Of a DNA stretch of 14,114 nucleotides, positions 1 through 6,984 are shown one piece after another (positions within the stretch are counted from its first letter, which is position 1; each line of letters opens with the position of its first letter). The stretch is from Candidatus Jordarchaeia archaeon (lineage in GTDB: Archaea; Asgardarchaeota; Jordiarchaeia; Jordiarchaeales; Jordiarchaeaceae), in assembly GCA_029856435.1 (NCBI GenBank), contig JAHQXB010000166.1, positions 1 to 14,114 on the forward strand, given 5' to 3'. A model generated the notes under the pieces. It ran no database searches. It saw only the letters and a list, made by a program, of their open reading frames with translations, and was not told the origin of the DNA. Position numbers and translations under genes: made by a program.

Positions 1-50
1 GCCGATTAGCAGGATCAGTTCCCCCCTTTAACCAGCTTATCTTCTGACAT
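1..50 (-). other. Possible 5' start of a gene running off the left edge, interrupted by a frameshift at a G6 tract
   Basis: GTGAGG (64-59) lies 8 nt before ATG at 50, matching the SD used by genes starting at 5931 and 12151 (7-nt spacing). The frame reads MSEDKLVKGGN-stop (TGA 17-15). The -1 frame after the G6 tract (26-21) reads GELILLIG to the window edge. Only 50 nt are visible. Confidence 0.3.
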
Positions 51-490
51 TCATGCAACCTCACGAAACTTCTTCACAAAGGGGGAACTAATATAGGAGG
101 GGGAGAAAAATAAGTTTTACGCCCCTCTGTGGGGGCAAACGGGAAGGTACCACTAATTGTGCAACGAAGCATAATATATTTAATGGTAGCTCGATATTGC
201 TCATTGCAAGTATTAATTAATATCCATAAGTGATAGTTTTATTTTTTAAACCGAATTTTCGCGGATTTGGAAACTTTAGGGGAGCTACGGGGCTTTTTAT
301 CATTACGCCTCCGGCTTTTGAGAGAATAAAGGTATCAGGCCGGTGAAAACGCAACAACATGTCCCAAAAATATTAGGGAAAAGCACAATCGCCCAAATAG
401 CATCGCAAAATATGCAAAATATCAGTTAAAAAACATTCTGATAATTTACACGCGAGTCACAAGTACTTGAGCAACAGCTGAAAATTTTTT

Positions 491-1369
491 CTAAAGTCGT
501 CTGAGTTTTTCTGGGCGTAGAGGCACCTTTACGGATTTTTTTAGCGCCAAATCGATTACACTTAGTATGTCTTCTTTATCTTGTGGTAGAGTTCCTCCGA
601 GTGGTAAATAGTTTGAAGCGTGGTTGCTTCTAAAAACACAGTTGGTCAACTCTAGATTTTCCACTAGTACACGCATCTCCCTTAGGATTTCTTGCGCGTC
701 TAAAACTTGGAATTTGCCTTCAAGGACTTCTCTGTGTAGGGGGGTTCCGGGAACCACCATTAGTGTTAGCGCTCCAACGTATGGGGGGTCGATATGGTTA
801 AGAGTCTTGGCTGTTTCGACAGCATTTTCCATCCACCTATCCTTGCCACCTAAACCCAGTATTATGGTTACGGAGAGGGTTATGCCTGCATCCATTATTT
901 TTTTGCATCCTTCTATAGTTTGCTTGGCAGTCACCCCCTTACGCATTCTTTTTAGAATTACATCGTCTCCGGATTCCACGCCCAAATAGGCGATTTTTAA
1001 CCCCGCTTTGGAAAGCTCTCTAAGTTCTTCCTCAGATTTTTTAAGTGCATCAGTTGCACAAGCATATAAGCCAACCCTTTCTAGGTGAGGAAAAACAGCA
1101 TATAGCAGATTTAGTATCTCTAGCAAATCCTCGGTTTTAATGCATAGTGCGTTGCTGTCTAGAAGAAACACTCTTCGAACGCCCTCCCCATAAAGTGCTC
1201 TAGCTTCAAGAATATCCTCCTGGATCTCTTCTAAGGGTCGAATTCCAAATTTTTTTGTCAAATTGGAACCACAAAATGCGCAGGTGTTGTTTGAACAGCC
1301 TATAGACGCCTGTATGAGTAGACTTCCCGCCTCAGAGGGAGGACGAAAAACTGGTTCCACATAACGCAA
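491..1369 (-). CDS. Radical SAM superfamily protein (292 aa, function unknown)
   Basis: N-terminal YxxPVFRPPSEAxSLLIQ signature followed by GCSNNTCAFC (Cx4Cx2C), then FLLD, YLGVESG and FRSNHASNYL motifs that I recognise from a widespread uncharacterised radical SAM family. TTG start preceded by GGTGAG (1380-1375). Confidence 0.9.
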   Translation of the reverse strand: MRYVEPVFRPPSEAGSLLIQASIGCSNNTCAFCGSNLTKKFGIRPLEEIQEDILEARALYGEGVRRVFLLDSNALCIKTEDLLEILNLLYAVFPHLERVGLYACATDALKKSEEELRELSKAGLKIAYLGVESGDDVILKRMRKGVTAKQTIEGCKKIMDAGITLSVTIILGLGGKDRWMENAVETAKTLNHIDPPYVGALTLMVVPGTPLHREVLEGKFQVLDAQEILREMRVLVENLELTNCVFRSNHASNYLPLGGTLPQDKEDILSVIDLALKKSVKVPLRPEKLRRL

Positions 1370-1843
1370 AGTTACTCACCACACCACAAATTCCAAGGTG
1401 GAATCAACTTATATTTTTGTCTAAACAAACAGGAATAAATCAATCCAGCACTAGACCTTCACCTCCTTTGCTAGAGTAAAGATCTGGACACGAAAAGTTT
1501 TTCGCGTAAATCGTGGAAGAACATATTCAGATTGGTATAGTTTGTTTTTTATTTTCCCCACTATAGAGTTTCTCACTAATTTTTTCCTAAACCTATCCTT
1601 GACCCGGGGTTATTTAAGGCTTCTTTCACCAAAAGAGGCGGAAAAACCATACTTTCTGGAAGCGAAAAGGAAAAAATTAAATGGAAAGTCTATAGTCATC
1701 CTTTTGTCTAGAGTAGCCCTCATAGAGTTTATAAGTCCAAACTTTTTAAGGGCATCTTCCCTTCTTTCTATCGGCCCAAAACCTGAAAAATGCTTTAAAA
1801 ACTTTTTATGTTCAATAATCGCTAATCATATTCGAAGCAAACT

Positions 1844-3253
1844 TCACCACCAAGGCATAAGGGGAATTTGTAAGTATAGTAGTACAAGGGCTAGGGCCAA
1901 AGGAGGCACCGAAGCCACTAGACCAGGTTTAATCCATTCTGAAAAGTTGATGTTACCAAGTTTCCTTCTCTCTATCATTCCTACGGCCACTATGTTAGCG
2001 GTACTTCCAATCATGGTTAAATTGCCAAAGAGTGTACTTGCAAATAGAATACCCCACCAAAGGGGAAAGGTGAAGACTCCGAGTGATCCTAGTTCTTGAA
2101 TAATAGGTATAATTATGGAGATTGCCAAAACGTTGTCCATGACGGAGCTTAGCAGACCGGATGCAAGAGAAAGACTCAGGAAAATTTTGCTCATATCTAA
2201 TCCCATAAATGATAAAAGTTTTAATGTTAGAAAGTTTGTAACGCCCGTAACACTTAGAGTTGAAACTGCGGCAAAGAACATTATGAAAAAGGATAGTGTC
2301 CACCAGTCAATGCGTTTTTCAATTATTTCTCTTGCTTTTTTCCTATCAAGTATCAATGCTACCCCTCCTGCTCCCAGAGAAGTCCCTAGGAGCATGGTGT
2401 TTTTGGGAAGCTGAAGTAACCCTTCTATCTGGCTGTGGAGGCCTAGAAGCAGTATAGTTCCAAAGAATAGTGCAACGGAAACCAAAAATTCAGAGCGAGG
2501 AACTGTTGGCTTGTCCACATGACTACTTAGAGTATTTATGTTCTGTTCTTGGATATTGACCTCTAGTTGGTTTATATCTTTTCTAAAAAACCTCAAAACT
2601 AATAGCATCATAGTGAAAAGGGATATTATAGATATGGGTGAGGCCCATCTTGCGAATTCTCCGAAGCTTAGGTTAGCTTTGAGAGCAATGACGACCCCCA
2701 CGGGATTCCCTATTACGGTGGCGCTGCTTCCAATATTTGTGGCAAATACAAGCATAATTATGAACGGTATTGGGTTAACCCGGAACCTCACCGTTAGATG
2801 GATCATTGCTGATGCCACAAAAAGAATAGAGGTAACTTCATCAACTAGGGCGGCGAATAGCGCGGCCAGCACCATCATAACCATAACAAGGTGATTAGCA
2901 TTGTAGCCAACAAGAGAAATTATTTTGTATATGAGAATTTCGAAGAACCGTCTTTCTTCAAGAAAACTCACTACAATCATCATTCCTATCAGAAAAAGGA
3001 TAATATCAAAACCAGCAGATTCTACAATGTTTGAAATACGAGTAAGTGATAATCCCAACAAAATAACCATACCTATGAGACCAAACGCTAACCTAAACCT
3101 CCAAAACAAAATAGCTCCCAATACTATGGATGAGAACACAATTATTGAAACGACCTGAGTACTATTCAGTCCAGAAAATAAGGATAAAAAGGTAATTCCT
3201 ATAAGCAACAATAAGTAAATCAACGCAGATCTGGAAGGAGTACTCTTAAACAT
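1844..3253 (-). CDS. SLC13/ArsB-NhaD (ion transporter superfamily) permease, about 469 aa
   Basis: Many hydrophobic segments; LVDEVTSILF, TNIGSSATVIGNP, VMDNV and GNLTMIGSTANIV hairpin motifs. I moved the start from the ORF-track 3448 to ATG 3253 (MFKSTP), which has GAGGA 8 nt upstream. Substrate cannot be assigned. Confidence 0.88.
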   Translation of the reverse strand: MFKSTPSRSALIYLLLLIGITFLSLFSGLNSTQVVSIIVFSSIVLGAILFWRFRLAFGLIGMVILLGLSLTRISNIVESAGFDIILFLIGMMIVVSFLEERRFFEILIYKIISLVGYNANHLVMVMMVLAALFAALVDEVTSILFVASAMIHLTVRFRVNPIPFIIMLVFATNIGSSATVIGNPVGVVIALKANLSFGEFARWASPISIISLFTMMLLVLRFFRKDINQLEVNIQEQNINTLSSHVDKPTVPRSEFLVSVALFFGTILLLGLHSQIEGLLQLPKNTMLLGTSLGAGGVALILDRKKAREIIEKRIDWWTLSFFIMFFAAVSTLSVTGVTNFLTLKLLSFMGLDMSKIFLSLSLASGLLSSVMDNVLAISIIIPIIQELGSLGVFTFPLWWGILFASTLFGNLTMIGSTANIVAVGMIERRKLGNINFSEWIKPGLVASVPPLALALVLLYLQIPLMPWW

Positions 3254-3539
3254 AAATAGGTTCCTCAAATCAGGAGATTTACTAATATGTTCCCTCCGCT
3301 TTATTAAGCTTATGACGATACTATGGCACCCAGTCACAGAATTTTGAATAAAAGGTAATATTTTTGGAATGAAAAAGGATGCAATCAAAATATGCATACT
3401 GTCTTTTCGGGGTAGAAACCGCAAGAATAAGCTTATCTGGGAACACAAAGAATCATCATAAGTTTATTTTCAAAAAATGTCGAATGCATCCATGTTCTGT
3501 AATAAAAGTGTTTTTTGTGGAACTATGTTTTGTTTAATG

Positions 3540-4013
3540 TTACTTTTTTCTGGTTTTTTCTATGATTGCCTTCAGTATTTCGGATAGACGGAGGTCATCT
3601 ATCACCTTGCCCTTTTTGTCCACTACAGGAATGTCTAATAGGTCTAGGCGAAGCATCTTGTCTAATGCAACATTAATATCATCGTCCAACGTTACTGTAG
3701 CATCCCTAGTTTCTGGGCGGACTAATCCTTCGGCTGTTTTGGACAGCGTTACTCTAGCAGTGTTCATTAAGTCGTCTATATCTTTAGCTCTTGGCACTCC
3801 AGTCATCACTTTTGCCCAGAGGAGGAGGTCGTATCGAGTTATTACTCCCTTAAGTTTCATCTTTTCATCAACCACAAATATTCCATGGATTTCAGGCTTT
3901 TCTGCAAAACTTTTGATGATGTCCTCTATCGGAGTTTTACCATCAACAATTAGAGCCAGCATTGGAGTAATTAATGCATCTTTAACGCGAAGGGAGATCA
4001 TATTTTTCTCCAT
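3540..4013 (-). CDS. Stand-alone CBS-pair (Bateman) domain protein
   Basis: Two CBS repeats: IHGIFVVDEKMKLKGVITRYDLL and LLDIPVVDKKGKVIDDLRLSEIL. An alternative start at ATG 4001 has GGAG upstream. Confidence 0.9.
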   Translation of the reverse strand: MEKNMISLRVKDALITPMLALIVDGKTPIEDIIKSFAEKPEIHGIFVVDEKMKLKGVITRYDLLLWAKVMTGVPRAKDIDDLMNTARVTLSKTAEGLVRPETRDATVTLDDDINVALDKMLRLDLLDIPVVDKKGKVIDDLRLSEILKAIIEKTRKK

Positions 4014-4247
4014 CCAAAATTTTGTAGTATCCGAGAAGAACTGAAAACGGGATAAGAGGTTATGTATTATTATATAAATTTTTTATACTCTTTTAAGCTT
4101 ACCCTCATAATTTTTTCAAATTTACTATTAGTGATGCTCATTGTTCTATATCCCTAATTTTAATAACACATCTCTGTGCAAATTAATTAATTAGATTGCG
4201 TAAATAATTCAATTTCTACTCAAAATTTGGGGTTATTTAGGGTAAAC

Positions 4248-4414
4248 GGGACCTTGTCTTAAGTATGTAGTTTGTTGACATGAATTGTGTGCAGGGTTAG
4301 CTGGTCTTACCCTTTTTTGGGCTTACTTGGAAGGAAGCCCTGTTAAGCCTCCTTTTTTGAGAGGAACAAACGATCATGCATAGAAGGGAAGCCACATACT
4401 TAAGACCAGAGCCC
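4248..4414. mobile_element. MITE-like non-autonomous element (167 bp)
   Basis: Terminal inverted repeats 4248-4268 GGGACCTTGTCTTAAGTATGT and 4394-4414 (reverse complement GGGCTCTGGTCTTAAGTATGT), 18/21 identical with a perfect inner 13 bp. Flanked by 9-bp direct repeats AGGGTAAAC (4239-4247) and AAGGTAAAC (4415-4423), 8/9 identical. No ORF inside. Confidence 0.72.
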
Positions 4415-4424
4415 AAGGTAAACT

Positions 4425-4440
4425 GAAATAAACTTTAAAT
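4425..4440 (+). promoter_or_regulatory. Putative BRE/TATA promoter of mfnE
   Basis: Purine-rich GAAATAAAC followed by TTTAAAT (4434-4440), about 40 nt before ATG 4481. Confidence 0.4.
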
Positions 4441-4480
4441 TAGTATAGTAGATTTCTAATTTGAACATGGGACGATTGAG

Positions 4481-5170
4481 ATGGAGTCATTCAACTTTGT
4501 CATTAGGATTGGTGGAAGTTTATCGAAGAGCAAGGCCACCCTGAAGAAGCTCTTTAATGTACTCGCTGAAATCTCTAAAACCCACAAATTTTTGGTAGTC
4601 CCGGGTGGCGGAGCTTTTGCAGATCTGGTTCGCGAAGTCTATCATAAGTTCCATATTTCTGAGGATGTAGCTCACTGGAGTGCTATACTTGCTATGGATC
4701 AAATGGGTTTTTTCTTTTCTAAAGTTCATCCTAATATTAGGATTGTTAATGAGTGGAAGGAGGCTTTGCAAACAGAACTGGGAACGATACCTGTTCTTCT
4801 TCCATCCAAGATAATGCTTGATAATGATCCCCTGCCCCACTCTTGGGATGTCACTTCCGATTCTATCGCAGCTTACATTGCACACATCACAAATACTAAA
4901 AAGTTGTTTATTCTTACTGATGTTGATGGAGTATTTACCTCGGATCCCAAGATCCAGCCGGATTCAGAGTTGATAGATGAAATTTCGGCGGAAGAACTAG
5001 CCCAGAAAAATGTTACCACCAGTGTGGATAAAGTATTTCCAAATCTGGTTTCAAAATATAAGTTGGAGTGTCTAGTTCTTAACGGTAAAGTTCCCGGGCG
5101 ATTAATTCAAGCCTTGAAAAACAAAAAGGTTAAGGGAACCCACATATACTCTACATGCGAAGGCAGGTAA
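4481..5170 (+). CDS. mfnE: Amino-acid-kinase-fold protein, probable [5-(aminomethyl)furan-3-yl]methyl phosphate kinase (methanofuran biosynthesis)
   Basis: IGGSL, VVPGGGxFADxVR, AHxxAIxAMD, LPHSWDVTSDSIA, TDVDG, TSVD and NGxxPxR motifs match my recollection of the MJ0458/MfnE group. mfnB lies about 0.9 kb away. Confidence 0.8.
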   Translation: MESFNFVIRIGGSLSKSKATLKKLFNVLAEISKTHKFLVVPGGGAFADLVREVYHKFHISEDVAHWSAILAMDQMGFFFSKVHPNIRIVNEWKEALQTELGTIPVLLPSKIMLDNDPLPHSWDVTSDSIAAYIAHITNTKKLFILTDVDGVFTSDPKIQPDSELIDEISAEELAQKNVTTSVDKVFPNLVSKYKLECLVLNGKVPGRLIQALKNKKVKGTHIYSTCEGR

Positions 5171-5188
5171 AGCTGATTCTGAGAACTC

Positions 5189-5213
5189 GAGGAGCACTAG
5201 TCCTCCTTTTATT
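5189..5213 (+). terminator. Possible terminator between the convergent mfnE and GTPase genes
   Basis: GAGGA-N7-TCCTC hairpin followed by CTTTTATT in the 50-nt convergent gap. The stem is short, so support is weak. Confidence 0.3.
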
Positions 5214-5220
5214 CGTTTGG

Positions 5221-5931
5221 TTAAGTGGTGAAATCTTTTATTATGAGTTTGGGTTGATCTATAACCTTTTTAATGGCGGGTGTTAACCAGAAGATTGAGG
5301 TTCGCCAGTCAACCTCCACGTAGCCTCTCAGTTCCAGCCAGTTTAGGTGTCGGCGCAGGTCTCTAATGTCTGTGTTTAACTCTTCCATTAGGGATTGGAT
5401 TCCTTTGACCTCTCCATCATATTTGTTCATTATCTTTAAGAGATTTAATTCCTTCTGGACTGTGACCAAAAGCAGTACGCGTAGTGCATTTTCAGCGTTC
5501 TGCCCGGTTTTTGCCACAGTTGGGATAATGTGAATATCTGGGGGAATATTCAAATCCTCTCTTATCTGGGCAGCTTTTCTTGCTCCGGGCAGATCCTGTT
5601 TATTTGCTGCTACGGTTATAGGGACTCCGGGAAGGAATTCTTCTACCTCTCGCCATATTCCTTTTGCCTCTCCGTCTGAGTTCTTATCTTGGCTGTCAAC
5701 CAAAAATAAAACGCCATCAGCACCCTTAGACAAAACTTGACGGAGGATTTTAAAGTGTTTTAATCCGGGTGTCCCAAATAGGTGAATCTGTAAATTTTCA
5801 ATGTCAACTATGCCGTAATCTAGTGCCACGGTGGTATCCCTTTTGTCTATGCTGATGCTCTTGCCCTTTGTTAGGCTTCTAATAATTGTGGACTTGCCAG
5901 AATGGTAACTGCCTGTAACTAAGATTTTCAA
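5221..5931 (-). CDS. MglA/CvnD-like (COG2229-type) small GTPase with a C-terminal winged helix-turn-helix extension
   Basis: G1 GSYHSGKS, G2 TTVALDYG, G3 LFGTPG, G4 NKQD, G5 TVAK. Residues ~160-225 (IQSLMEELNTDIRDLRRHLNWLELRGYVEV..IFWLT) follow the wHTH pattern. TTG start with GTGAGG at 5944-5939. Confidence 0.88.
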   Translation of the reverse strand: MKILVTGSYHSGKSTIIRSLTKGKSISIDKRDTTVALDYGIVDIENLQIHLFGTPGLKHFKILRQVLSKGADGVLFLVDSQDKNSDGEAKGIWREVEEFLPGVPITVAANKQDLPGARKAAQIREDLNIPPDIHIIPTVAKTGQNAENALRVLLLVTVQKELNLLKIMNKYDGEVKGIQSLMEELNTDIRDLRRHLNWLELRGYVEVDWRTSIFWLTPAIKKVIDQPKLIIKDFTT

Positions 5932-5962
5932 TATACCGCCTCACTTGGTTTAGTTATGTATA

Positions 5963-5969
5963 ATTTAAA
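5963..5969 (-). promoter_or_regulatory. Putative TATA box of the GTPase gene
   Basis: TTTAAAT on the minus strand about 30 nt before the TTG start, within a 145-nt gap after mfnB. Confidence 0.35.
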
Positions 5970-6076
5970 GGTTCAACCGTTTAAAAAAGCTTTGTATTTT
6001 ATTTTCGCAGGGAAGAGAAAGCCCAAATTTAACAATTCCACAAAGAGAGGCTTACAGGTGATTCTCAGTATTATCT

Positions 6077-6811
6077 TTATACGTGAATTTTGGTTTGTGC
6101 AGTTGCGTGCAAGATGTTTGCCAGTTCTTGGACTCTCTCCCTCGTTATTCTTCCGTGTATTCTGTCTGATTTTTCGCACGCCGCACCCCTTATACCCACT
6201 ACATCTGCACCCAAATCCTGTATTAGGGGGAGGCTTTCCTTTTTTATTGCGCCCGCTAAAGCGACTAGAACTTTTCTATTGTGGGCATCTTGTATAAAAC
6301 CTTCGATTTCTTCTAATGACCATAAATCAAATAAACCCGTACCATCTTTGATAGCGGTATCAACCATTGCAACATCTGCACCTGCTTCCGATGTTATCTG
6401 AGGAATTTTAAAAGGGTCTATAGCGTTTATTCTATATGCATCTGCGTATCCTGCTATAACAATTTTGAGGCTTGAATTATAGGTTTTGACGCTTCGAACA
6501 ACTTGTTTTGCCAAGTAAAGAGCTTCAGGATAAGTATTCACTCCATATAATCCTACTTTCACATAATCCGCTCCGCTTACAGCGGCTCCTAGGGCTGCTA
6601 AAGCTGCTGTGCCGGGTTTGTTGGGAAAGTCCCCGATTGTAGCGCTGACTTCCAGCTCTCTGGGAGTTATGTCTCTGATACGTCGAATTACCCAAGGAAA
6701 ATTGGCTCCCAGTGAACCTTCTAGAGGATTTTTTACATCAATAATATCAGCGCCACCCACTATAGCCTCTAGAGCTTCTTGTTCGTCTCTCGGGCTGATA
6801 AGTAACTTCAA
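6077..6811 (-). CDS. mfnB: (5-formylfuran-3-yl)methyl phosphate (4-HFC-P) synthase, methanofuran biosynthesis
   Basis: Full-length match to my recollection of MfnB/DUF556: LLISP, GGADIIDVKNPxEGSLGANFPW, GADYVKVG, AGYAD, MVDTAIKDG, ALAG, GIRGAAC. I prefer TTG 6811 as start because AGGTGA (6822-6817) lies 5 nt upstream; the track's GTG at 6820 falls inside that SD. Confidence 0.93.
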   Translation of the reverse strand: MKLLISPRDEQEALEAIVGGADIIDVKNPLEGSLGANFPWVIRRIRDITPRELEVSATIGDFPNKPGTAALAALGAAVSGADYVKVGLYGVNTYPEALYLAKQVVRSVKTYNSSLKIVIAGYADAYRINAIDPFKIPQITSEAGADVAMVDTAIKDGTGLFDLWSLEEIEGFIQDAHNRKVLVALAGAIKKESLPLIQDLGADVVGIRGAACEKSDRIHGRITRERVQELANILHATAQTKIHV

Positions 6812-6840
6812 CGGAATCACCTGTCAGGAAATTTTGATTA

Positions 6841-6864
6841 TCAGCAGTATATATTTTTTGCTGA
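6841..6864 (-). promoter_or_regulatory. Palindrome TCAGCA-N12-TGCTGA enclosing the putative mfnB TATA box (candidate operator)
   Basis: Perfect 6-bp half-sites at 6841-6846 and 6859-6864. The spacer reads AAAAATATATAC on the minus strand, about 35-45 nt upstream of the start. Confidence 0.5.
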
Positions 6865-6961
6865 ACAAAGTTAATCCTATATAAGGATAGGACTTGATTT
6901 TTGGTTTTTACCTTTTCTCCTCTTGGAGATATAAATGAGAATATTTTTTGCTAATTAGTCT

Positions 6962-6984
6962 AGGGGAAAAAGGGCGAAAAAGTT
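6962..6984 (-). terminator. Oligo-T archaeal terminator candidate after the 807-aa gene
   Basis: AACTTTTTCGCCCTTTTTCCCC directly follows the TGA stop on the minus strand (two T5 runs). Confidence 0.4.

Noticed and set aside
405-422. Tandem GCAAAATAT x2
   Set aside because: Short, AT-rich and only two copies; expected by chance.
3254-3448. 65-aa N-terminal extension of the permease in the ORF track
   Set aside because: No SD at 3448 and the sequence does not look like this family; ATG 3253 has an SD and directly precedes the first TM helix.
3254-3539. Possible fluoride or other riboswitch upstream of the permease (AAACCGC present)
   Set aside because: AAACCGC is on the wrong strand and the other conserved elements and stems are not visible.
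1606-4239. GGGGTTATTTA at 1606-1616 and 4229-4239, plus a partial reverse copy near 12862-12870
   Set aside because: An 11-bp match is expected many times by chance in 14 kb, and there is no consistent promoter position.
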